Positions 12,877 through 24,548 of a stretch of 64,000 bases of DNA are shown piece by piece; position 1 is the stretch's first letter, and each line of letters opens with the position of its first letter. The position numbers were made by a program, and so were the translations under genes. Below the pieces are notes generated by a model. It worked only from the letters and a program-made list of their open reading frames with translations. It did not search any database and was not told where the DNA came from. Origin of the DNA: Hamiltosporidium tvaerminnensis FI-OER-3-3 (Eukaryota > Fungi > Microsporidia); contig JAKIMF020000001.1 in NCBI GenBank assembly GCA_022605425.2, positions 372,001 through 436,000 on the forward strand. The letters are read 5' to 3'.

Positions 12877-14082
12877 TTATTGATTATTAGCTGCCGAAAG
12901 TGCTTCTTCATACAAAAAACAAGGGATTTCTGATAAATTTGACTCAAAAATTCTTTTTACAATCTCAATTTGCAAATTTATGGATTGCAAATCATAACAT
13001 TCAATATTTGGAAAAATAGTGGGAGTAAAAATTTTGTATAGATTATCTGACCCCATTTTATTATATTTTGAATACTGATCAACTTTTCGAAAGATTTTCT
13101 GTAAATATATAAGCATCTTTCTATTTTCATTTGTAATCGAAAATATTATTAAAGGCACAATATATTCTATTATTGAAGGATCCGTCTGGTTTTTTATTAT
13201 TTTCATCACCCTTTCTGCAATCTGAACTGAAATTATCCCATTCATTATCTCCCGAATATATGCTTTAAAAATTGAAGCATTGTCATGAACAGATAACTCA
13301 GTATAATCATATCTCTTTCCTGCAGCTAAAACACCCGGCATAAATTTATAATAGGCATATTTACCAGAAATTCTAAACAATCCCTCTTTTTTGATCCCTT
13401 CATCTAAAATATGGTCACCAACGGTATAAACAAATGTATTTGCTTTTTTTATATGATAAGAATCTTTCTTAAACGAAGATCTGAATATATCTGAAATTCT
13501 TTCTAAAATATTATCTTTAAAACTGGATCTATATTTACGAAGCTTCTTAAAGCAAAAACAAGCCAATTTTATTTTTTCTATATCACTAAGTGAATCATAT
13601 TTTAAAGTATCTTTAGCTTTTGTTTCTTTTTTTTCTAATTTCTTGCATGGAATTTCTTTTTTTTGATCTCGAGATGGTTCATTTACCAGCTTTGATTTAA
13701 AATAAATTTCATTTATTTTGTATATCATTATAGGAAATTTATATTCCATATGATATTTTAACATCGGGAATCTCTTATCTTTATGATTCAAAATGTTTAT
13801 TTCATGTATTTTTACTGCTACATTTTCAAGAAAGGATAAATTTGCTTTTTTTGAATCTTCTTTAGATTTTATACTCTCTTCTTCTTTCTCCTTCAATTTC
13901 GAATTTTTAATGATCCTAAATATACTTTTATGTATATTTCCCATATCATTAATATCTTGCTTGCATTCATTGATTTTATTTAAGATTCCAATCAGTTCAC
14001 TCGATTCCAGTCCCTGATTTTTTGTTACTTCTGAAATATTAATTTTTTTAATATTTCCGCTGTTCTTTATTTTGCCAATCAT
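12877..14082 (-). CDS. RhoGAP-domain protein, copy 2 (open, 401 aa)
   Basis: Differs from copy 1 at about five residues. RhoGAP motifs are intact. Confidence 0.85.
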   Translation of the reverse strand: MIGKIKNSGNIKKINISEVTKNQGLESSELIGILNKINECKQDINDMGNIHKSIFRIIKNSKLKEKEEESIKSKEDSKKANLSFLENVAVKIHEINILNHKDKRFPMLKYHMEYKFPIMIYKINEIYFKSKLVNEPSRDQKKEIPCKKLEKKETKAKDTLKYDSLSDIEKIKLACFCFKKLRKYRSSFKDNILERISDIFRSSFKKDSYHIKKANTFVYTVGDHILDEGIKKEGLFRISGKYAYYKFMPGVLAAGKRYDYTELSVHDNASIFKAYIREIMNGIISVQIAERVMKIIKNQTDPSIIEYIVPLIIFSITNENRKMLIYLQKIFRKVDQYSKYNKMGSDNLYKIFTPTIFPNIECYDLQSINLQIEIVKRIFESNLSEIPCFLYEEALSAANNQ

Positions 14083-16340
14083 TTGTTTATTATTGTTTTT
14101 TTTATTATATAGATTTCAAATCGAATGTTTGTTTGTAAATCTGCATTGATTCTCTTTATCTTAAACAAAGTGTATCAAAATGAAAAAAAGGTTATTAATA
14201 TATCTTTTAATCTTATTTTAATTTCCTTAATGATATTACATCAGATATTAAATTAATTTTTAATAAAATTCATCTACCTATTTATTATCATATCTTATAT
14301 TGTTAACTAAAGATAAAATACTAAACAATTGACTATTTTAAATCATCAATTGAAGATGTTCTTTCGTTTTGTAAGAAAAGAGATTTATTTATCTAAATTA
14401 TTTTAAAATCTTTTATTCTTTTATCTATTATTTTTTTAAATTAAAAAGTGTATTCGAGATGAGTGATTGTAAATACCTAAAATTATATATCTTTTCGAAT
14501 TAGATGGAATTTAATAAAAATTTTAACTTAATAGTACTTTATATCTGATAGAATAGAATTAAAAAAGAATTTTACATTTTATTTTAGTATGTAGATATTT
14601 TTTTACCCTTATCAGCAAGCAAATGAGATTATTTAAGTCCTACATTTTATTTGAATTTATATATTTTAAAATTTTTAGCTACTGAATGAGATTATAAGTC
14701 CGACTTTTAGAATTAAATTTTAAATATTTTATCAAAAAAATATTTTTTTTCGGATTTCTCACTATAACACATCTGTTATACTAAGTAGCAATCATAGTAT
14801 AATTTATAAACCGAAAATTTTGTTTTAATCTTTTTTATTTATACTCCAATACGTGCCAAAATCTTTGATAGATTAAAAACACATGTAAATGCAATCGTTT
14901 GATTTCTATCAGGCAACAAAGAAATACATAGTAAATTAATAGCAAAATATATTGCGAAATACTAGTAAACCATTCTAGCTTTGCAACAGAATTTTTTGGT
15001 AACATACGGGAATAAAACATAATTAGATGTTAAGAATAATATTATATAGGAGATATATCTCATAATAGCATTCTATACATTAAATTATTATTTTAATTTA
15101 ATATAAATGAAATTAAGAAATTTTTTTGTTTAAGATTTATTCTTATATAGTTTAAACTAGGAATAAAATTCAAGATTAGACCTGTTATCATATTTATTTA
15201 AAAAAATCTTCTTAATACGAAAACTTAATTCTATTATTTTGATCTTTAAGTTACTTGGTTAGTATTTAGAACTTTAAATAAAAAATAGGGACAAAAGTAT
15301 ACGAATTAAATGCCAAAACGATCATACAGGCATCATTTTATTAGATAAGATTAAAATTAAATCATCGAATAAAATTAAGATTGAATTTATAAGAAATTTA
15401 TTAGAATGAATTAAATTAATGTGAAATTATATTAGGATGGAATATAAGATTTTAATTTTTAGGGAATTAAAATTAAATTAAAATACATTTAAAGAAGAAG
15501 GTGTTGTAGAATAAACTGTTTTACTTATCTAATAGTAAATATCTAAGTATAATTTTTTATATTTAATAAAATTATGAGTTAAAATATTTTTACCATTTTT
15601 ATATATTTTCTTCCACCTCATTTAAATTTAAAAATCGTTTATAAGATTCAAGGTTAAAAATTTTTTACCTTTTTATATATTTTCTTCCACCTCTTTTAAA
15701 TTTAAAAAAAATCCAAAAGTCTTTGGTTTTAGCTTCGTATAAATATTTAAAATAACACATTTTTTAAAAAAATAATAGAATTACAAAAAAAGATTCGAAT
15801 GAATATTTAAAGAAAATATAAAAGTAAAACCTTTGCCTATTCAAATCAAATAAATACAAGAAATAAAAATGAAATAATTAAACCTTGGACTAAATTCTAA
15901 ATTCAATTAAATAATAATCTCCAAATTTTAAGAAACAGCAATAAAAAAACACTAAATTTAAAATTTAGAATTTAGAATTCATGAAACGAAAAAATCTATT
16001 ATAGATATAAACAACCCAAATTAAGAAATAATAAAAATATTTCTAATTCATTTCTCTTATTTATATCTATAATTTTTTTTAAAAAACCAATTAATTCTAT
16101 CCATAGACTGATTATTATTCTTAAATTTCCTAAACTTTTATTTTCTTAAAATTTGAATTTTTTATATTTTTTAATCAATTATTTCATAGACTAATCGTTA
16201 TTCTTAAGTTTCTTAAACTTTTATTTTCTTATTATTTGAGTTGTTTACATTTTTTAATCAATTATTTCATAGACTAATCGTTGTTCTTAAGTTTCCTAAA
16301 CTTTTAAATTCTTATAATTTGAGTTGTTTATATTTTTTCC

Positions 16341-18053
16341 TTCTACCTTGAGTGCTATGACAGACGAGGCAAAGTAATTTTTAGAGGTGATTGGCTTAGA
16401 GATTAACAAAGAGAAGTCAGCCACAAATGATAAGTATAGTGAAGATACTGCTACCTTCTAGAAAGTGTTAGTGTTTTTAAATATTTAGGAATTATAGAAG
16501 ATAGCAGAAGAATTCCAACACGTAGCTCATTTGAAGAATTACAAAGCGAACTTTTATCAAGAATTGAAAGACTTTCTCACACAAGATTAAATGCAAAAAA
16601 TTTATTTTCTGCAATCAATCAATCAACATGCGATATCGTTAATCAACTATCACATAGGAGTACTTCGACTTGAACCGGCTGACTTCTCTAAGATAGATGA
16701 TGCAGTTCGTTCGGTGTTGGTAAACAATAAGATACATCGTCTTGTAAAGAGCGTTTGTATCTTACTAGAACAGAACTTGGAAGAGGCCTACATAGTGTTG
16801 AGTTGCGAAGCGAACATATGCTTCTGCAGTTCTTGGATTGTCTTGAAAAAAGTAAAGAAATATCAATCAGACGAGCAGCAATCTCAAGGGTGGAAAATAA
16901 TAATAAAACCCATCTTGCACTAATAAAAGGCTTTTTAAAAGTAAAGTACAGGTTGGTAGAAGAAGTCACTAAGAAAAGTTTAGAAGAAGCTTAACTTGCA
17001 AAACTATATAACGAAATAGAAAAACGAAAACTTCATTCAAAGTTATATAATGCAAGGAAAAATGAGCTTGTAAGTCTTAGTGACTCTTCAAGATGGTTAA
17101 AGAGAGGGAATAATAGGCCACGAAACGAAGCTGTGTTTTGCTATATCCAGGATAGAAATTTATTATGGGGATCAGATGGTATGTGCCAACACTGTAATAA
17201 ATTTGGTAAGACTGTAGATCATCTAGCAACTCGATGTGAAAAAATGCTAGGTCATGACTACACCAGACGGCATAATGAAGTGGTTAGATGCAGACACTTA
17301 CTTCTTCTAAATAGATATAAGTTTAAGTCTTCAAAACGAATTAGGAGTCACTCAGTTCAAGAAATTCTTGATAATGAGTATGCAGAGATAAGAGTGGACA
17401 CCAGAATTAAAACTGATGTTAAAATTCGGAATAACAGACCCGACATATTTATTTTAGATAAGAAGAAGAATAAGATAACACTCATTGAAGTAGGAATCAC
17501 TTCCCAAGATTGACTTAAAATAGTTGAAACTGAAAAACTTAGGAAGTATGACTTTCTAGCCAATGAGCTGGGTCTTATTTACAAATGTAGTTAAGAGATA
17601 ATCCCTTATGTGATGACCTGGGACGGTATTGTGACAAAATACCATAAATATCATCTTAAAAGACTAGAAATACACATGAATTGTGAGGCATATATTCAGT
17701 CTATAGTACTTAAGAAAACAGTCGAAACAATTTCCTTTGATCGACGAAGAGGACTTGAGTCAGGACTAAATGCCGAAGAGAGCTGGGAGAGAGCGTCAAT
17801 GGGTGTTATTATGAGAGCAGAGATGCATGAGAAACCAACACCTTCTTTAAAAGAAGCGAAGAGAGATAAGATGGTGTTAAAATTTTAAAAACAAAAAATA
17901 CTACACCTTTTTTTTCACAAAGAGGAACCACGTTAGAGGAACCGACCAATAACATAAATAAAGAGTCGGATTTAAAAGAAAAGGCAGTATTGGTTAGAGA
18001 GGTAGAAGATTACATGTAAAAAATGGTAAAAATATTTTAACCCAGAATTTTAT
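16341..18053 (+). mobile_element. 5'-truncated, decayed RLE retrotransposon fragment (R3)
   Basis: Begins just after the RT FIDD region. ORF pieces span 16591-17888 and the 3' end reads ttaacccagaatttta. Confidence 0.92.
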
Positions 18054-18267
18054 ATCTTAAATATTATTTATATATTTAAGACTTTAATTTATAAGATATT
18101 AGATAAAAATTAAAATAATTATAAAGAGATTATAATAATGATCATTACTATTTCTAAACACTTACATTTCTTTTTAAATTCCACATATTTGAAAAATATA
18201 GATTGATTTTTCATAATACATCTTTTATTTATAAATAAATTACAAAAATAGAAGCTAATTATTACAT

Positions 18268-18270
18268 CCC
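18268..18270 (+). promoter_or_regulatory. CCC motif immediately upstream of the ATG (microsporidian-type promoter signal)
   Basis: acatCCCttagaATG at 18264-18278, preceded by an AT-rich tract. Confidence 0.5.
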
Positions 18271-18275
18271 TTAGA

Positions 18276-19458
18276 ATGAATTCATTCAGTTACAAACTTC
18301 CATTTATCCATTATAGCATTGAAAACTTTCTAAATCCAGTAGAATATAAAAAAATCTGTGATTTTTACAACAAACTAAACTTCTTTTTAAAACATACAGA
18401 TCTATATAAATTCTACCAAACTTTTGAACTAACTGAAAACAAAAATATTTTAGTTTTTAGACAAAAGGTTTTAAAAATCCTGCAAAGAAATAGAGAAACA
18501 CGAGAATAATCATACTTTAGACGAATCGGAAGATATAATGGTAGTAAATTTGAAAATAAATGGATTAGAAATGATAAGAAACAATTTGGATATTTTTGGA
18601 TCATTTTATCGTGCAGATAATTACTTATTGTGTCATGATGATTGTTTAGAAAATAGAAAATATGCATTTTCATATAATTTAGAAGATTATGAAACAGGTG
18701 AACTTGCATTATATGATAATACAGCCACTACCGAATGTAAAAGAATAAAAGTTACCAAGAATTTATTGCTATTTTTTAAAGTATCTAAAATATCCTTTCA
18801 TGAGGTATTATATTGTGTGAAAGATGGAAGGAAAGCATTTACTGGTTGGTTTCACGAAATACAATCATCAGATTACAAATCTGATAATCAATCTAATATA
18901 AACGTATTAGAAGATATAAACTACTTAGATTCAAGTGTTTTCGGCCTAAAATGTTTAGAGATTCAAGTGAAGTATAAAGATAATTACGTAAAAAATTTTA
19001 CCTTGAAAAAAAATCAGGATATATTTTATAGGACCAAAACACACCTTAATGTTCCAAACTTGAGAGAAAAGGATATTAAACCTATACTTTATAACAGAAA
19101 GCTTATAGAAATGGAATTTTTAGATCTTTTTGAAATTATTTTTGATAAAAAAATTTTACACTTAAAAGCTAAAAATCTTAAATGTGAAAAATATTCTTTT
19201 AAGATACAAAAAGATGATTATATTCTGATAAATGACACCTTAAACAATCCTAAAAATATATTTTATTTCATTTATTTTTATAATTGTGAAACAATAAAAG
19301 ATAATCTTTCAATAGTAAACAATAAAGGAGATATCAGTTACAATATTCCTATTGATAATGATTGTTTATACTTTTTACCACGAAATAATACCTCATTATT
19401 CCTTGAAAGAACACAAAGTACATTTAATATGATTATTTTCTCATATTTCATACTATAA
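18276..19458 (+). CDS. TPA1: Tpa1/OGFOD1-like 2OG-Fe(II) prolyl hydroxylase, split by a single frameshift
   Basis: The N-terminal piece has PFIHYSIENFL and HTDLYKFYQT. The second piece has YLLCHDD (HxD), SFHEV (distal His) and RKAFTGWFH (2OG-binding Arg). Removing one base between 18475 and 18509 joins the two frames. Confidence 0.8.
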
Positions 19459-20754
19459 GTTTTTAATCAAATTCTCTTAAAATCGAGGTATAGGGAGAGA
19501 AATAGAATAAATAAGTAAATGGATTAACTATGTTGGTCATATATCAAAGATTCTAAGAAATAAGAAAATTTTATTAAAAGCACTACATTATCTACAAAAG
19601 CAGTAAATTATATTTTAAATTTAAATAGTTAAGTTTAAATCATTTATAGATAGATATGTTTCAAAATTTTATTTTATATCACTTTAGTAATTATAATATG
19701 CTATAAAATATTTTAGTTTTCACAAGATTTTGTAACTTTAAAATAAAATTATTCGTTATAATATTTAGCTGGTTGATGGAATATGAGGTGGATTATAAAA
19801 TAGGAATTAGAGAAAACAAAAAAAGTAAAACAAGCCAAAATCTCTAAAAAATATCATAGTTTTAGATATTTTCTTCATAGACTTATCAATATAATATTTA
19901 ACTATTTAGTAAAACCAAAATTTTTTTGAAAGATAACGATTTTATATTTATTTATTTAATTAATTAATGAATTTTAATCTACACAATTGAAACTTGTATA
20001 TAATATGAAATAAAAACCTATGATGAAGGAAGAATAATCTCCTTAACAACTTCATCTTGGTACTATGTGTATAAAATTGATGTTAAAAACAGTGAGTCTA
20101 TTTTTTTGACAGGAATAAACACATTATATTTTTTGTTTTTAATATGAACTTTTAAAAAGAAGAAAAAAATCTAAAAAATAATATATTTTTTTATAAATCC
20201 AAGCAATGGTTCTTTATGAAACACATTTTAATAATAGTAATTAAATTGGTGATAAATGTTATGCGAAATCCTGGAAACATAACTTTTCCCACTCAGAAAT
20301 GAAGACTAATATATTTAAGATAAAATAAAATACTTTTAAAACAGTAATTATTGCTTTGTAGGAGGTACTACAGGTTGTTATGATACTCAAAAGTCTAGTT
20401 AAGTTACATAAAATTCAGCAAGAAATAACCTTTCTGAATGTCTATTGGGGTTCGAAAATAGATGAGTAAATGTAATATCCAAGGTCGCACGATGGGTTAA
20501 AATGTTTTTCCTACCGTGATCAAACTTTATACAACAAACATTATCGAACCTTAAGAAACTTCATCCGTTAATTAACAGCCTTCATATCTTCATTGTATGT
20601 AAATGTTTTGTATGTAGGAACCTAAAAACGCTACAAAGGCCCTGAGAAACAATTAGACATATAAAAACCAGAATCCCAGCCAAGACAATTTTAAATTTAT
20701 CAGGCTCTTGAATAGAGAAGACAATTATGTAAAATATATTTTATGAAGATATTA

Positions 20755-23700
20755 TTTATTTAATAAAATTCTGGGTTAACAAATTTTTCTTTTTAAATAA
20801 TTCTTTCCACCATTTCAACCACTTCTATCTCTTCCTCCAACTCCAACTCCAACTCTTCATTTGTATTAGTTGTTGGTTCCTTTGCTGTGGTTATGCCATC
20901 CAAAATAAGGGGTAAAATATTTTTTGTATTTTCCGTTTTAACATCATCTTCCTCGTTGTCTACTTGCTTTAAAGGGGGTATTGGTTGTTTATGCATCTCA
21001 GCTCCTAAGATAACACTTAATGATGCTCTCTCCCAGCTCTCCTCGGCATTTGGACCAGACTCAAGTCCTCTTCGTCGATCAAAAGAAATTGTTTCGACTG
21101 TCTTCTTGAGTACTATGGATTGTATATATGCCTCTACATTCATGGGTATTTGCAGTCTCTTAACATACGTCTTATGGTATTTTGTCACAATACCATCCCA
21201 GGTCATCACATAAGGAATTATCTCTACATTGCATTTATAAATAAGACCTAACTCATTTGCTAATAGGTCATACTTCCTAAGCTTCTCTGTTTCAACTATT
21301 TGAAGAGAGTCTTGGGATGTGATTCCTACTTCAATGAGGGTTATCCTATTCTGTCTCTTGTCTAAAATAAATATATCTGGTCTGTTACACCGGATCTTGA
21401 CATCAGTTTTTATTCTGGTGTCCACTCTTATCTCTGCATATTCGTTATCAAGAATTTCTTGAACTGAGTGGCTTCTAATTCGTTTCGAAGACTTAAACTT
21501 ATATTTATTCAGCAAGAGTAAATGTATACATCGTACCACTTCATTATGTCGTCTAGTATAGTCGTGACCAAGCATTTTTTCACATCTCGTTGCTAAGTGA
21601 TCAACAGTTTTCCTAGACTGGTTGCAGTGTTGACACATACCTTCTGCACCCCAGAAAACATTTCTATCCTGGATATAACAGAACACTGCTTCATCACGTG
21701 GTCTTACACTTCCTTTCTTTAACCATCTTGAGGAGTCATTTACACTTACCAGCTCGTTATTTCTAGCGCTATATAACTTTGAATGTAGTTTTCGGTTTTT
21801 GATTTCGTTATATAGGTTAGCTAGTTGAGCTTCTTCCAATTTGTTTTTTGTGACTTCCTCTTCCAACCCGTATTTTATTTTTAAAAAGTTTTTAATTAGT
21901 GAAAGGTGGGTTTTATTATTATTCTCAACCTTTAGGATTGCTGCTCTTCTGGTCGATGTATCTTTATGTTTTTCCAGACAATCCAAGAGTTGCAAAAGCA
22001 TATGTTCGCTTTTGAACTCGACACTATGTAAACCTCTTCCAAGTTCTTTACGTGGAAGGTATAGACGTTCTTTGCATCCTGGGCGTAGATGTATTTTGTT
22101 CTTTACTAACACTGCACGCACCGCATCATCTAACTTAGAGAAGTCAGCCGGTTCAAGTTGGAGTACACCTATATGATAGTTTAGTAAAGAAATTGCATGT
22201 TGATTAATGGCTTGAAATAAATTTCTTGCATTTAATCTCGTGCGACAAAGTCTTTCTACTCGTGCTATAAGTTTGGTCTGTACTTCCTCAAACGACTTAC
22301 TTGTTGGAATTCCTCTGCTATCTTCTATAATTCCAAGGTATTTATAAACACCTATTCCTTCAAGAAGAGTAGCAGTATCTTCACAACATGGATCATTAGT
22401 GGCTGACTTCTCTTTGTTAATTTCCAATCCTATATTATTCATAAACTTTTTAACCTCCTCTGTCATTTCTTCCAATGTTTGTCCATCTTCGGCAAGAAGC
22501 TTAAGATCATCAATAAACAAAAGATGATTAGTCGCGTGGGATTCTGCATCTGTCTTTATTGTCACTTTTGTGTATTTCTCATTAAGCTTTCGGCTCAATG
22601 GATCCATACACAACACAAACAATAATGGTGACAAACTATCTCCTTGCAGAATCCCTCTATCAATCTTCTTGCTCATGATTTTTTCAGGCCCTACTGATAT
22701 ATCAATTTTCCATTTTGATATAATTACCTTAATAAATTTCAGGATCCAATCAGGTAAATTAAGGTTTTCAATGCATTGAGTCAAATAAGCATGATCTATT
22801 GAATCATAAGCTTTTTTGACATTAATCCATGTTGCCTTAAGATTGTTTCCGTACTCTTTATTAATGGCAATATTCAATAGGGCCTGTTCTTTCGCTCCTT
22901 GCACTCCTCTAACCGCTCCCAACTGATTATCTGAAAGTAATCCTCGTCTTTCCACCTCAACCTGAACCACTTTAGTGACACATTTTGTAGTCAGTTTATA
23001 CAGGTTTGACATACAAGTTATTGGTCTGTAATCAGAGCCAGTCTTTGGTGTACCTTTAGGTATCAGATAAGTAAGTCCACAATAATACCAATCGGCTTGA
23101 GGCGTTCCTTCTAAACATATGGCTTTTACAATATCGTAAAGATATTTATGAAGGCTCGTAAGTTTCTTGATGTAAAAGTTATAAATACCATCAATTCCAG
23201 CGGCTTTCCAGTTAGGCAGCCAATTGATGATATCTATAAACTCTTCAAATGAAGGAAACGTGGTCTGTTGCGTATCTGACACGAAAGGTATCAAATACTC
23301 ATCATATGTAACTACTTTATCATTTTTATTCCACATTGTAGACCAAAATTCTGAAATTTCGTCACGATAAACCACATGCTCGGATTCAACGCGCTCAGAT
23401 AACCCTCGATAGAATCGACCTCGGAATAACTCAAACATACGATTCTCTTTTCGAAATTTTCTCCTACTTTCATACATCGTAATTTTTTTCTCGTACACAT
23501 TCAAGGCCTCATTCTTCTTAACCAAAGCCTCAGAGAGATCATTTATTTTGCTTAAGTCTAAATTAAACTCTCGCATAATTTTTCTGAGACTTTTCGTTTC
23601 CGAAGTAGAGAGCTTTTCCTGCTTGCGAGCCTTCTCGAGGAGATCTTTGGAAAGTACTAACTTAGAAATTTTACATTCTATGTTTTCCTTCCAAGCGGAT

Positions 23701-24548
23701 CTAGGTTTCTCCTTACGTGTTTCCTCGTCATAACATACCTGGGCCGCCTGGATGATTCGAGCTGCATCACTAACATTCTTAGGCACATGAGATTCAGCAT
23801 ATTCACCTGTGATCCGATTTATGAGTTCCAAAACTTTACTATCAACCAATTCACTTGGAAGTTTTCTAGTTCGGACCACTACATCTCCGATTTCCTTCTC
23901 CGAGAGTTCCTTGATTTTGCACAAGAACTTTTCTCTCAGGTTCATATAGAGTGTAGTGTCAGTTAAAGAACATGGCTCGGCGAGACAAGTGGCGATTCTA
24001 CGTCGCTCTCCATTCTCATCTTGCCTTATTTCTTTTTCTGCCTCATTATGTATTAATTTTTTTAACACATCGATATCAACAGTTCGACCAAATTTCCCAT
24101 TATAGTACCTAAGAATTGCAGACCAGCCATTTCTAGGCATTCTCTCAAACCTTTTTTGCACCGCTGACATAGCAGATCTAGGCCATTCCTGCTCTACGGC
24201 TGTGACAGAGTCAAGTATTGAATGCAATACCATCAGTCGATTTCCTTCTGGAATGGCAGGTGCATTGAGGTTTTCCATTGTGTTGGCTGGTCCACACGCA
24301 GAAGAATCGGGACAGGAAGAAGGGAGTGCGGAATCGAGCAGGCTGATTGGAGTAGCCTGAAGCGTATTGCTCGATGGGGAGTGAGTGTTATTATAGATGG
24401 TCGGTTGTGGTGGAAGCGTCTCGGATATAGTTACTACATCTCTATCACACGTTTTTATCTCTTTAGAACTAATTTCTGAGTTGTTTACAGCATTTATTTC
24501 ATCATTTTTTATATTTTCGCTGTCAACTTTTTTTCTTCTACCCATTAG
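20755..24548 (-). mobile_element. Full-length single-ORF RLE-type (R4/Dong-like) non-LTR retrotransposon with a 12-bp target-site duplication
   Basis: Flanked by the exact direct repeat atgaagatatta at 20743-20754 and 24549-24560. The 1250-aa ORF fills ~99% of the element. Confidence 0.93.
20793..24545 (-). CDS. Reverse transcriptase / CCHC zinc knuckle / restriction-like endonuclease polyprotein (1250 aa)
   Basis: RT motifs: KAAGIDG, DYRPIT, WINVKKAYDS, RGILQGDSLSP, LFIDD, YKYLG. CCHC knuckle: CQHC..HLATRC. RLE: RHNEV, RPDIFI..LIEVG..KLRKY. Confidence 0.95.
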   Translation of the reverse strand: MGRRKKVDSENIKNDEINAVNNSEISSKEIKTCDRDVVTISETLPPQPTIYNNTHSPSSNTLQATPISLLDSALPSSCPDSSACGPANTMENLNAPAIPEGNRLMVLHSILDSVTAVEQEWPRSAMSAVQKRFERMPRNGWSAILRYYNGKFGRTVDIDVLKKLIHNEAEKEIRQDENGERRRIATCLAEPCSLTDTTLYMNLREKFLCKIKELSEKEIGDVVVRTRKLPSELVDSKVLELINRITGEYAESHVPKNVSDAARIIQAAQVCYDEETRKEKPRSAWKENIECKISKLVLSKDLLEKARKQEKLSTSETKSLRKIMREFNLDLSKINDLSEALVKKNEALNVYEKKITMYESRRKFRKENRMFELFRGRFYRGLSERVESEHVVYRDEISEFWSTMWNKNDKVVTYDEYLIPFVSDTQQTTFPSFEEFIDIINWLPNWKAAGIDGIYNFYIKKLTSLHKYLYDIVKAICLEGTPQADWYYCGLTYLIPKGTPKTGSDYRPITCMSNLYKLTTKCVTKVVQVEVERRGLLSDNQLGAVRGVQGAKEQALLNIAINKEYGNNLKATWINVKKAYDSIDHAYLTQCIENLNLPDWILKFIKVIISKWKIDISVGPEKIMSKKIDRGILQGDSLSPLLFVLCMDPLSRKLNEKYTKVTIKTDAESHATNHLLFIDDLKLLAEDGQTLEEMTEEVKKFMNNIGLEINKEKSATNDPCCEDTATLLEGIGVYKYLGIIEDSRGIPTSKSFEEVQTKLIARVERLCRTRLNARNLFQAINQHAISLLNYHIGVLQLEPADFSKLDDAVRAVLVKNKIHLRPGCKERLYLPRKELGRGLHSVEFKSEHMLLQLLDCLEKHKDTSTRRAAILKVENNNKTHLSLIKNFLKIKYGLEEEVTKNKLEEAQLANLYNEIKNRKLHSKLYSARNNELVSVNDSSRWLKKGSVRPRDEAVFCYIQDRNVFWGAEGMCQHCNQSRKTVDHLATRCEKMLGHDYTRRHNEVVRCIHLLLLNKYKFKSSKRIRSHSVQEILDNEYAEIRVDTRIKTDVKIRCNRPDIFILDKRQNRITLIEVGITSQDSLQIVETEKLRKYDLLANELGLIYKCNVEIIPYVMTWDGIVTKYHKTYVKRLQIPMNVEAYIQSIVLKKTVETISFDRRRGLESGPNAEESWERASLSVILGAEMHKQPIPPLKQVDNEEDDVKTENTKNILPLILDGITTAKEPTTNTNEELELELEEEIEVVEMVERII

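Larger units (their letters stand above)
1..16473. repeat. Large inverted repeat: arms ~1-5200 and ~11270-16473 around cassette S
   Basis: Base 1 pairs with 16473. RhoGAP copies 1 and 2 and retro fragments R1 and R2 are mirror images. Confidence 0.92.

Noticed and set aside
20260-20720. Slightly GC-richer patch that could be an ncRNA or a gene remnant
   Set aside because: No recognisable tRNA, rRNA or snRNA motif and no ORF.
20793-24545. Prokaryotic RT system (group II intron, retron or DGR)
   Set aside because: The CCHC + RLE C-terminus, the TSD and the 5'-truncated copies identify a non-LTR retrotransposon. Copy differences are not adenine-specific.
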